NCBI GenBank assembly: GCA_001801305.1
Contig: MGXH01000002.1
Coordinates: forward strand, 3,054-67,053
Direction: 5' to 3'
Source of the DNA: Gammaproteobacteria bacterium GWE2_42_36
GTDB lineage: Bacteria; Pseudomonadota; Gammaproteobacteria; UBA12402
DNA length: 64,000 nt
The position numbers and the translations under genes were made by a program. Under the pieces are notes generated by a model. It worked only from the letters and a program-made list of their open reading frames with translations. It did not search any database and was not told where the DNA came from. Numbering within the stretch: position 1 is the stretch's first letter; every line of letters starts with the position of its first letter. Shown piece by piece: positions 1-7,870 of the stretch.

Positions 1-831
1 CGTAGAAGGTGTTTTTTCTGTTACTGAATCAAGCTGTAATGCATTGCCTGGAGCACACAAGAGAGTACGCAAAATATCGCGAGTGCTATAGCGAGCAGTT
101 CTAACAGCGGTATTGGGTATTTTATCAAAGAGCTTTTTTGCCATTACGCAGTAGCGATGCTGATCGCTTTCTTGGCAGTTTAAAGCAAGAGCAGTTAATT
201 TTTCTGCGCATTGAGTGGCATTTACGTAATCGCTCCTAGCAATATAGCCAAGCCCCTCATGGTAACTACGGTTTGCGTTTTCTTTTTCAGTTAACTCCCC
301 AATTTCCGCTGAAGGTTCAACCTCCTGTTTTAAAGGGGATTTTTCTGAGACTTTTTTGAGAATTTTTTCTGAAGAAACTTCGTTCAGTGGCTTTTGCTTG
401 GGAATTTCTGCAGTTAACTGCACATTCCTCATTGCTTCAAGTAGATCGTTATTGTATTCAATTTGCTTCGATTGGATCGCTGTTGCATGCAATAAACAAC
501 ATTTTGCGGCATTATACGATCGATGCGATTCGAAAGATTTTTCTAAATCAATTAACATTGAAATTATATTTTGAGTATTTTGTGATTGGGAAATAGTAAT
601 GGGTATGCTGACTGCCGCTTTAACACATTCTGATGCTTGAAGGTATAATCCCTTCAGTTGATAGGTTCTTGCGAGATAGAGATGCGCCAGTTTGTTTTTT
701 TTATTCAATAAAATAGCACTTTGAAAAGTCAAAACCAAGCGATGGTATAGTGTTGTGTTATGTTTGTACGCCAATAACTGTTGGAACGCTTGTTGTGCCC
801 ATTTATCGCCGTTAGTATTAGTTGATAACAT
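1..831 (-). CDS. Hypothetical TPR-like protein, partial (3' end runs off the window); candidate secreted effector
   Basis: Not in the ORF track. Manual translation from ATG at 831 stays open for 277 codons to base 1 (MLSTNTNGDKWAQQAFQQLL...). It has TPR-like helices AHLYLARTYQLKGLYLQASECVKAAVSI and ANRSYHEGLGYIARSDYVNATQCAEKLTAL. Confidence 0.75.
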   Translation of the reverse strand, partial: MLSTNTNGDKWAQQAFQQLLAYKHNTTLYHRLVLTFQSAILLNKKNKLAHLYLARTYQLKGLYLQASECVKAAVSIPITISQSQNTQNIISMLIDLEKSFESHRSYNAAKCCLLHATAIQSKQIEYNNDLLEAMRNVQLTAEIPKQKPLNEVSSEKILKKVSEKSPLKQEVEPSAEIGELTEKENANRSYHEGLGYIARSDYVNATQCAEKLTALALNCQESDQHRYCVMAKKLFDKIPNTAVRTARYSTRDILRTLLCAPGNALQLDSVTEKTPST

Positions 832-882
832 TTGTGCGCCTTTGTTTTATTATTAATTTTATTGTTTTTATCAGCGTGCAAA

Positions 883-915
883 AGAATAACTGATCAACCT
901 TAAGAGCAGATTAAG
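883..915 (-). promoter_or_regulatory. PmrA-like direct-repeat box plus -10 element upstream of the TPR-like ORF
   Basis: The minus strand reads CTTAATCTG-CT-CTTAAGGTT-N7-TATTCT. This matches cTTAA-N2-TT-N2-cTTAA with one mismatch and has the same geometry as the csrA box. Confidence 0.6.
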
Positions 916-1075
916 AAAAACGGTTAACTGCGAAAAAAATGGAATTTTTTATGAAAATTTAGCGAATAATGGAATTACTTCAATGTGTGTGAATTCTGAT
1001 GAGATAGGAGAAATAGATTCCTGTTTTTACAAGAACCCAAGAAAAAATACCACGCGGTGAAAAGAGGAATTAAAT

Positions 1076-1537
1076 TCAAATACTTTCGTGTGCAAGCAAC
1101 CATTTTTTAATTTCGAGAAAAAAGGCTTTATCTTTTCCGCAAAATCCACCGAGTCCATTTTGTGCGACGACACGATGGCAGGGGATGACGATAGGAATGG
1201 GGTTCGTGCGACAACCGGCTCCGATCGCTCGAGCACCTGTGTCGAGGGTTTTTGCAAGTTCACCGTAGGTGGCTGTTTTACCCGTCGTAATTTTGCAGAG
1301 TCGTTGCCAGACTTTATTTTGAAACGGCGTACCGTTTAATTGGATAGGAATATTGAATACTGTTTTTGGATTTTTAAAATAGTATTCGAGTTGTTGGACA
1401 ACGTTTTTTGAAAACGTATCTTTCGGCGCTATTTCTTTTGCCGCATGCGGTAAGAAATGCAAAGCAGTAAGGTGATCATTGTCAGTGATAATGCCGATTT
1501 TCCCGACAGGGGTTTTGATGACTGCAGTATAAGGCAT
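1076..1537 (-). CDS. ogt: Methylated-DNA-protein-cysteine S-methyltransferase
   Basis: GTPFQ..VW, TYGELA and the active site IPCHRVV. Confidence 0.95.
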   Translation of the reverse strand: MPYTAVIKTPVGKIGIITDNDHLTALHFLPHAAKEIAPKDTFSKNVVQQLEYYFKNPKTVFNIPIQLNGTPFQNKVWQRLCKITTGKTATYGELAKTLDTGARAIGAGCRTNPIPIVIPCHRVVAQNGLGGFCGKDKAFFLEIKKWLLAHESI

Positions 1538-1587
1538 ATTATCACCTCCATCGGTCTGAATGCCGGATGCTTTTTACAAATGATCTA

Positions 1588-1631
1588 CTGGATCCCGCAA
1601 TCCGTCACCCCGCGGCTTGACCGCGGGATGA
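1588..1631. repeat. GC-rich palindromic REP/RPE-like element
   Basis: Hairpin TCACCCCGCGG-CTTGA-CCGCGGGATGA, preceded by CTGGATCCCGC, between rplS and ogt. Confidence 0.6.
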
Positions 1632-1641
1632 GAAAGTTTTT

Positions 1642-2085
1642 TTATTCTGCAACCGACTCAGCTTGTGCCGCGATTTCCGCTTTACTGGCTTCTTGCATTG
1701 CTAACAAGGTTTGTTCAGCAGAATTTTTTTTCTTCTTACCGACTTTCTCTTTAATGCGAGCCGCTTTACCACTTAATTCACGCAAGTGATAGAGCTTCGC
1801 TTTTCTCACATCGCCATGACGTTTGACGGTAATGCTGTCGATCAAGGGGCTGTGTGTTTGAAAAGCTCTTTCAACGCCTTCGCCGTGTGAAATTTTTCTG
1901 ACGGTGAAGGAGGAGTTTAATCCACGATTACGTTTGGCAATGACAACACCTTCAAAAGCCTGCAATCGTGTACGATCGCCTTCTTTCACTTTAACTTGGA
2001 CGACAACCGTATCGCCTGCTTTAAATTCCGGCACATCTTTTTTGATATGCTCTTTTTCGATCATTTGAATGATTTTGTTTGTCAT
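1642..2085 (-). CDS. rplS: 50S ribosomal protein L19 with C-terminal extension
   Basis: [36 protein letters not shown]; position in the operon. Confidence 0.98.
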   Translation of the reverse strand: MTNKIIQMIEKEHIKKDVPEFKAGDTVVVQVKVKEGDRTRLQAFEGVVIAKRNRGLNSSFTVRKISHGEGVERAFQTHSPLIDSITVKRHGDVRKAKLYHLRELSGKAARIKEKVGKKKKNSAEQTLLAMQEASKAEIAAQAESVAE

Positions 2086-2837
2086 AGTTGTTTCCTCAGT
2101 TTCTCTTCGTAGTCTTTTATAAACTCGTTCAATAATCTAGTTTGCAACGCATCCAGTTGCAACGTTTGTAATAAATCAGGCCTTCTTAACCATGTTTTTC
2201 CTAACGCTTGTTTGAGTCGCCACGTTGCAATTGCTTGGTGGTCGCCACTCAATAAAACGCTAGGCACAGCCAGCCCATTTATTATTTCCGGCCTTGTGTA
2301 ATGCGGATATTCTAGCAAGCCTTCCGAAAAAGATTCTTGCTCGATGGATGCTTCATCACCCAATGCCCCTGGTAATAATCGCGCTATTGTATCAACTATT
2401 ACCATAATTGCTAGTTCGCCGCCGCTTAAAATGTAATCTCCGATCGACCATTCTTCATCAACGAGGGTGTCGAGCAGTCGTTCGTCGATGCCTTCGTATC
2501 GCCCCGCTACAAAAATCAGTTGATTTTCAGTCGCGGCTTGTCCGGCCATCGATTGATTAAACCTTTTACCTTGCGGTGAAACGTAAATCACTTTTGCTTG
2601 AGGTGTCAAATTAGCTTTCGCTTGTTTGATTGCTTTCTCAAGCGGTTCTACTTTCATCAACATGCCGGGCCCCCCACCATAAGGGCGGTCATCGACGGTG
2701 TGATGTTTGTCTGTCGTAAAATCCCGCGGATTTATTGTCGACAAAGTTATTAATTTATTTGCGATTGCTCTGCCGGTAATGCCGAGCTTGAGCGCATCGA
2801 ACATTTCTGGAAACAGGGTAATAATCCCGATTTCCAT
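2082..2837 (-). CDS. trmD: tRNA (guanine37-N1)-methyltransferase
   Basis: [32 protein letters not shown]. Confidence 0.98.
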   Translation of the reverse strand: MEIGIITLFPEMFDALKLGITGRAIANKLITLSTINPRDFTTDKHHTVDDRPYGGGPGMLMKVEPLEKAIKQAKANLTPQAKVIYVSPQGKRFNQSMAGQAATENQLIFVAGRYEGIDERLLDTLVDEEWSIGDYILSGGELAIMVIVDTIARLLPGALGDEASIEQESFSEGLLEYPHYTRPEIINGLAVPSVLLSGDHQAIATWRLKQALGKTWLRRPDLLQTLQLDALQTRLLNEFIKDYEEKLRKQL

Positions 2838-2840
2838 CGT

Positions 2841-3347
2841 TTAAAACTCCGCATCCCAGTCGGCAGTAATGATTCTTTTTTCTGCATCAATGTGAGAAAT
2901 CACTCGATCTCGGATGAAAGGGATTAAATGTCTTTTCTTGCCAACGACAACTAATACGTCGTTCGATCCGGTTTCCATCAGATGATCGACGGCGCCAAGT
3001 AATTCACCGGCTGGATTAACAACCGTCATGCCAACGAGATCGGCCCAATAAAATTCATGGTTCGTTAATGAGGGTAGTGCCGAACGTGAAATGCCGATGG
3101 TTTTATTCGTGTATAATTTGGCGCTTTCAGGGTCATTGATATTTTTGATATGAACAAAAATATGATTGGCTTCATCGACGCGAATATCATCCACATCAAG
3201 TGGTTCCCATGAGGTGGAAGTTTTAATCAACCAGGGATTGTAATCGACAATATTAGTTACCGGGTTGGTATGCGAGGCGACTTTAATCCAACCTTGTAAA
3301 CCATGAGGGCTGCATAATTTGCCAATGGTGATGTAATGATTATTCAT
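2841..3347 (-). CDS. rimM: Ribosome maturation factor RimM
   Basis: HGLQGWIKV, EFYWADLVG, ETGSNDVLVV; lies between rpsP and trmD. Confidence 0.96.
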   Translation of the reverse strand: MNNHYITIGKLCSPHGLQGWIKVASHTNPVTNIVDYNPWLIKTSTSWEPLDVDDIRVDEANHIFVHIKNINDPESAKLYTNKTIGISRSALPSLTNHEFYWADLVGMTVVNPAGELLGAVDHLMETGSNDVLVVVGKKRHLIPFIRDRVISHIDAEKRIITADWDAEF

Positions 3348-3373
3348 GCAAAAATTTCAGGTGATCCGGATTT

Positions 3374-3399
3374 GCACGAAAAATGATATTTTTTCGTGC
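3374..3399. other. 10-bp stem-loop in the rpsP-rimM spacer
   Basis: GCACGAAAAA-TGATAT-TTTTTCGTGC. Confidence 0.45.
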
Positions 3400-3420
3400 T
3401 ATTCAGAGTGTGTTAATCGA

Positions 3421-3669
3421 TTAGACTTTCTTGAATTTTTTGACCAATAAGTCAACGCGTTCAGAGGGTTTTGCGCCTTGTTTCACCCAGTGATCAAAAC
3501 GGGCTAAATCGACTTTTATTGCGTGCGTATCGCCATCTTTTGCAATGGCATTGTAATGGCCAATTTTTTCGATGAATTTTCCATCGCGTGAAGCGCTTTT
3601 GTTAGCAACAACGATATCGTAAAATGGTTTCTTCTTTGCGCCTCTTCGGGCTAAACGAATAACGACCAT
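3421..3669 (-). CDS. rpsP: 30S ribosomal protein S16
   Basis: MVVIRLARRGAKKKPFY..RDGKFIEKIG. Confidence 0.98.
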   Translation of the reverse strand: MVVIRLARRGAKKKPFYDIVVANKSASRDGKFIEKIGHYNAIAKDGDTHAIKVDLARFDHWVKQGAKPSERVDLLVKKFKKV

Positions 3670-3878
3670 GAGTGATTAATCCTCTTTATATATAAAAGGG
3701 GGCTATTCTACGTAAAAAATGTCAATTTTGGAAATGTTTTATTGAGATTGCGTGATTAAATTGGTGATTGACAAGGAAGGATCTCATCGTTTTTATTTTG
3801 CGATGATTTTTTATTTAGGAGACACCCCAGAACACCGGGCTATTATAGCGGGCGTTCTTTATCGGTGTCCATGAGCGC

Positions 3879-4898
3879 TCACTCACGAGGGGGTCGCTTA
3901 CAGGAATCAGATGGCTGCTTCATCAAAAGTTCTATTTCTGCTTCTGTGAGCGCGCGAAATTTTCCAGTTCGTAATTGGGGCGGTAAAGTTAAGTTACCAA
4001 ACGCAATACGCATGAGTCGATTAACTTTCAGCCCTTGTGATTCCAACAATCGTCTGACTTCGCGATTACGGCCTTCGGTGAGAATGACGTGGTACCATCG
4101 ATTGATCCCTGTTCCGCCGGCATTTTCGATTTTCTTGAAGGCAGCTAAACCATCTTCGAGCTGCACGCCACGCAATAGTTGTTGTCGAATCATCGGTGTG
4201 ATTTCGCCCATGATTCGTACGGCATATTTTCGTTCGTATTCGGAAGAGGGATGCATGAGTTTATTGGCGAGTTCGCCGTTATTCGTGAATAATAAAAGAC
4301 CGGATGTGTTGATATCCAGTCGTCCGATGACAATCCATCGGCCGGCCCGTAATGATGGGAGTTGATCAAATACAGTGGGACGTCCTTCCGGATCTTTTCG
4401 CGTGCAAATTTCACCCGTTGGTTTGTGGTAGATGAGTACTTGCGTATCCAGGCATCTTTTACTGAGATTCAATCGAACGGGTTTTCCTTGCACGAGAATG
4501 GTATCGGTTATGACCGCGCGATCGCCAAGTTTTGCCACTTGCCCATTGATTTTCACAGAGCCGGTCTCAATTAAACGCTCCATTTCTCGACGGGAACCAA
4601 AGCCTGCATCAGCCAGAATTTTTTGCAATTTAAAGTGACTGGTTGGGAGGGGAAGCGGATTTGACTGACTCAAGTTTCGTCCGTCATTTTTATGAGAGGT
4701 CGATCTATCACTGCCTGTGGCGCGTTCATTTTTGCTTTGGCGCTCACTTTTTCGCGCAAACGGAGAAGCGCTGGGTTTTCTATCGCTGCTTCTTCGTTGA
4801 CCCTCATTTTTTGACGATGAAGTGCTTCTTTTTAAGGATAGCAACGGCTGTGATTTTTTTGCAGCGGATTTTCGAGCAGCGATGGGTTTAGTTTTCAT
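3879..4898 (-). CDS. rluB: 23S rRNA pseudouridine synthase (RluB-type) with basic N-terminal extension
   Basis: S4 domain KLQKILADAGFGSRRE, catalytic GRLDINTSGLLL, EGRNREVRR. Start moved to ATG 4898, which overlaps the scpB stop. Confidence 0.9.
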   Translation of the reverse strand: MKTKPIAARKSAAKKSQPLLSLKRSTSSSKNEGQRRSSDRKPSASPFARKSERQSKNERATGSDRSTSHKNDGRNLSQSNPLPLPTSHFKLQKILADAGFGSRREMERLIETGSVKINGQVAKLGDRAVITDTILVQGKPVRLNLSKRCLDTQVLIYHKPTGEICTRKDPEGRPTVFDQLPSLRAGRWIVIGRLDINTSGLLLFTNNGELANKLMHPSSEYERKYAVRIMGEITPMIRQQLLRGVQLEDGLAAFKKIENAGGTGINRWYHVILTEGRNREVRRLLESQGLKVNRLMRIAFGNLTLPPQLRTGKFRALTEAEIELLMKQPSDSCKRPPRE

Positions 4899-5559
4899 GG
4901 GGAATATTTTCTTCTGTTGGCATTGTGATGAGTGTTTCGGGTACGTCGTTTTGTTCGGTGTCACTGAGCGAAGCATCGCCTTCGACGATATCTTGTGTTA
5001 ATTGTGCTTCTACGTTTTTTTCGATCTCAGTTAAGTCACGAATTTCAGGTAACGTGGGTAACTCTGTCAAACTTTTTAGTCCAAAATGATCGAGGAATTT
5101 TTTGGTTGTTCCATAGAGCGCTGGCTTTCCCGGTACTTCGCGATAACCGATGATATGAATCCATTCGTGATCTAACAACGTGCGAATGATTTGTGTGCTT
5201 ACAGCGACACCGCGAATATCTTCAATTTCGCTACGGGTGATTGGTTGGCGGTAAGCGATTAGCACGAGTGTTTCCAATAAGGCGCGTGAATAACGAGGCG
5301 CTTTTTCTTCAAATAATTTAATCATCCACGGCGAAAATTCACTTTTGACTTGCAACTGATAACCGCTCGCCAATTCTTTGAGCTCAAAACTATGATGCGC
5401 ATAATGTTCGGCCAGCGTGTCCAGTGCTGATTGAATTTCTGCTTTGCTTGGTTGTGCATGCGGATCAAAGAGCGATAACAATTTATCGATCGTTAAGGGT
5501 TGTCCGGCCGAGAGTAAAGCGCCTTCTAAAATGTAATGAATTTGAGTGAGTTCAGTCAT
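4888..5559 (-). CDS. scpB: SMC-Scp complex subunit ScpB
   Basis: SRALLETLVLIAYRQPITRSEIEDIRGV, PGKPALYGTT. Confidence 0.96.
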   Translation of the reverse strand: MTELTQIHYILEGALLSAGQPLTIDKLLSLFDPHAQPSKAEIQSALDTLAEHYAHHSFELKELASGYQLQVKSEFSPWMIKLFEEKAPRYSRALLETLVLIAYRQPITRSEIEDIRGVAVSTQIIRTLLDHEWIHIIGYREVPGKPALYGTTKKFLDHFGLKSLTELPTLPEIRDLTEIEKNVEAQLTQDIVEGDASLSDTEQNDVPETLITMPTEENIPHEN

Positions 5560-5562
5560 AAT

Positions 5563-6363
5563 TTATGATTCCTTCATCAGCGGAGAACGGATATAAATCG
5601 GCGCGAAAGGCTCAGTTTGGACGAGTTCAATCGCCGATTCTCGAAACAATTCTAAAATAGCAATAAAGGTTACCACTACACCAAGGCGACCTTCTTGCAA
5701 ATCAAAACAATGGGTGAAGAGCGTAAATTGATCATCATTTTGTAAGCGCGATAAAATAACCGACATGCGCTCGCGAATCGATAATGTTTCTTTTTTAATG
5801 TGATGACTCGAGCGCAACTGCGCGCGCTGCATGACGTCATTAAGTGCCAATAATAATTCTCTCAAATCGATGGGTGGCAAAGGACGTTCGAATTCCATTG
5901 CGGGTGGTTTGGCAAACGCTTCAAATGTATCTCGGCCCACACGCGGCAGCGTATCTAAATCTTCCGCTGCTTTTTTATAACGCTCATATTCTTGCAGACG
6001 TTTGATCAATTCAGCCCGAGGATCGACTTCCTCGCCTTCAGGCGTAATCGTGCGGGGTAATAACATGCGTGATTTGATTTCGGCGAGCATGGCGGCCATG
6101 ACCAAATATTCGCCCGCTAATTCTAACCGCATTTCCGTCATGATGTTGATGTATTCCATGTACTGCCGCGTGATTTCAGCAATCGGAATATCTAATACAT
6201 CTAAATTTTGTCGACGAATGAGATACAATAATAAATCGAGAGGCCCTTCAAAAGCCTCTAAAAAAACACGCAAGGCATCCGGCGGAATATATAAATCTTC
6301 CGGCAATTGGGAAAAAAGTTCGCCTTTGACAAGAATGGGCGATGGCGCTGCTGTTTCAGTCAT
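5563..6363 (-). CDS. scpA: Segregation/condensation protein ScpA
   Basis: FEGPLDLLLYLIR, EYLVMAAMLAEIKSRMLLP. Confidence 0.96.
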   Translation of the reverse strand: MTETAAPSPILVKGELFSQLPEDLYIPPDALRVFLEAFEGPLDLLLYLIRRQNLDVLDIPIAEITRQYMEYINIMTEMRLELAGEYLVMAAMLAEIKSRMLLPRTITPEGEEVDPRAELIKRLQEYERYKKAAEDLDTLPRVGRDTFEAFAKPPAMEFERPLPPIDLRELLLALNDVMQRAQLRSSHHIKKETLSIRERMSVILSRLQNDDQFTLFTHCFDLQEGRLGVVVTFIAILELFRESAIELVQTEPFAPIYIRSPLMKES

Positions 6364-6492
6364 AAGGTATCAAAAATAATTGTTAAAAAATCGTTGCCAT
6401 TATTGTGGAAAAAGGAGGAAAAGTAAAATGGTTGTTGAGTGTTCGCTATCCGTGATGTTGTTCTTATGCCGACCTCGAGTGTTTGTAAAATC

Positions 6493-6520
6493 GTAAGGGC
6501 GCGCGCAGCATGCCCCATAT
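6493..6520. repeat. REP-like palindrome (TAAGGGCAC..GTGCCC family), degenerate copy
   Basis: GTAAGGGCGCGCGCAGCATGCCCCATAT is similar to the copies at 7624, 7687 and 36842. Confidence 0.6.
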
Positions 6521-6618
6521 AATAACAGCATGGTGAAGTCATACATGCTTTTCAATCCTTTTCCCAGTCGACAAATTATGTAAAAATGGTGCTTGTGTTT
6601 ATAAGAAAAGCGAAAGAC

Positions 6619-7587
6619 ATGTTAATTGAAAACGATATCTTAACAGCCGTTAAATTATTACAGGCAGGCGAAGTGATCGGTTTGCCGACGGAAACCGTTT
6701 ATGGTTTAGCGGCCGATGCGAGCAATCCTGAAGCGGTTAAAAAAATTTTTGCACTTAAAAATCGACCGATTGACCATCCGCTTATTGTGCATATTGCGAG
6801 CGATCGTTATTTGAAAGACTGGGCGATTTCCATTCCTGAGCGAGCCTATCAACTAACCCAGGTATTTTGGCCGGGACCTTTAACCTTAATTTTAAAGAAA
6901 GCGCCGCATGTATCATCGATTATTACAGGCGGGCAAGAGACGATTGGGTTGCGGTGTCCATCGCATCCGGTTGCACAAACAGTATTACAGGCGTTTCAGG
7001 GCGGTGTTGCTGCGCCATCGGCCAATCGATTTGGTTATACGAGTTCGACATCAGCTGACCATGTTCGACAGGATTTTGGCGATAAAATCCCCTTGGTTTT
7101 AGAAGGGGGTGTCTGTCAAGTCGGGATTGAGTCGACAATTGTTGATTTAACCGCTGAATTGCCAACAATCTTGCGCCCGGGGATGATCACACAAGCACAA
7201 TTAGAAGCGGTGTTGCAGTGCCCTGTATTGGTTGGATCCAAACGTTCACCCCGCGTGTCAGGATCGCTCGCTTCGCATTATGCCCCTAAAACGCCGACGA
7301 AAATAATGGCATGGCAAGATTTATTGGCTTATTGCCAAAAGCTACTATTTAGTGATCGTATTGTGGTGATTGCCAGAAAAAAATCGCCTTTTCACCTATC
7401 ACAAATTACTTGGAAAGAATTACCCGATAATGCCGAACGTTATGCGCAATTGCTATATCATACTTTACGCGAGAGTGATCAATTGGGTGCGAGTGAAATT
7501 CTCATCGAGCAAGTGCCACATGAAGGCGATTGGACGGCAATTTGTGATCGCCTCAAAAGAGCGACGACGAGGCCAAATAGGGGTTGA
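6619..7587 (+). CDS. sua5: L-threonylcarbamoyladenylate synthase, two-domain Sua5 type
   Basis: PTETVYGL, KNRP..HPLIVH, AAPSANRFG, linker SHYAP and a C-terminal SUA5 domain. The start at 6619 is an estimate. Confidence 0.93.
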   Translation: MLIENDILTAVKLLQAGEVIGLPTETVYGLAADASNPEAVKKIFALKNRPIDHPLIVHIASDRYLKDWAISIPERAYQLTQVFWPGPLTLILKKAPHVSSIITGGQETIGLRCPSHPVAQTVLQAFQGGVAAPSANRFGYTSSTSADHVRQDFGDKIPLVLEGGVCQVGIESTIVDLTAELPTILRPGMITQAQLEAVLQCPVLVGSKRSPRVSGSLASHYAPKTPTKIMAWQDLLAYCQKLLFSDRIVVIARKKSPFHLSQITWKELPDNAERYAQLLYHTLRESDQLGASEILIEQVPHEGDWTAICDRLKRATTRPNRG

Positions 7588-7623
7588 GGCTTAGAAGCGT
7601 TGAGAGAACTGCGTTTGTATTTT

Positions 7624-7713
7624 ATAAGGGCACGCGCAGCGTGCCCCTACACATAGAATTTCAGTTTGATTGCACCACATTATCTCGTAAGGACACGCTG
7701 CGCGTGCCCTTAT
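7624..7713. repeat. Inverted pair of 27-bp REP-like palindromes (REPIN/BIME-like doublet)
   Basis: 7624-7650 reads ATAAGGGCACGCGCAGCGTGCCCCTAC. The reverse complement of 7687-7713 reads ATAAGGGCACGCGCAGCGTGTCCTTAC. Confidence 0.8.
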
Positions 7714-7870
7714 TAAAATATTTATCACGGAGCGATTCATTCCCCTCTTAATTCACACAAAAATATCAGCAGCCCATAGATTTTGCTGAAGATCTAAAAA
7801 ACTAAAGAGCCTCGTCAATCTTTTTGATATGATCTCAATCAATATTGATCTGGAAGGAATAGAAAAAATC

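Noticed and set aside
356..596. Two short + strand ORFs (72 and 69 aa)
   Set aside because: They are antisense shadows of the longer minus-strand ORF at 1-831.
3819..3870. Imperfect stem-loop (GACACC..AGAAC..GCTA/TAGC..GTTCT..GGTGTC) after the rluB stop
   Set aside because: It has many bulges and no U-tract or second copy, so I cannot assign it as a terminator or ncRNA.
3865..4638. Several + strand ORFs up to 166 aa
   Set aside because: They are antisense to rluB and have no recognisable motifs.
7624..7713. Repeat-spacer-repeat of CRISPR-like size (27 bp with a 36-bp spacer)
   Set aside because: There are only two units, they are inverted rather than direct, and no cas genes are present. 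Treated as a REP doublet.
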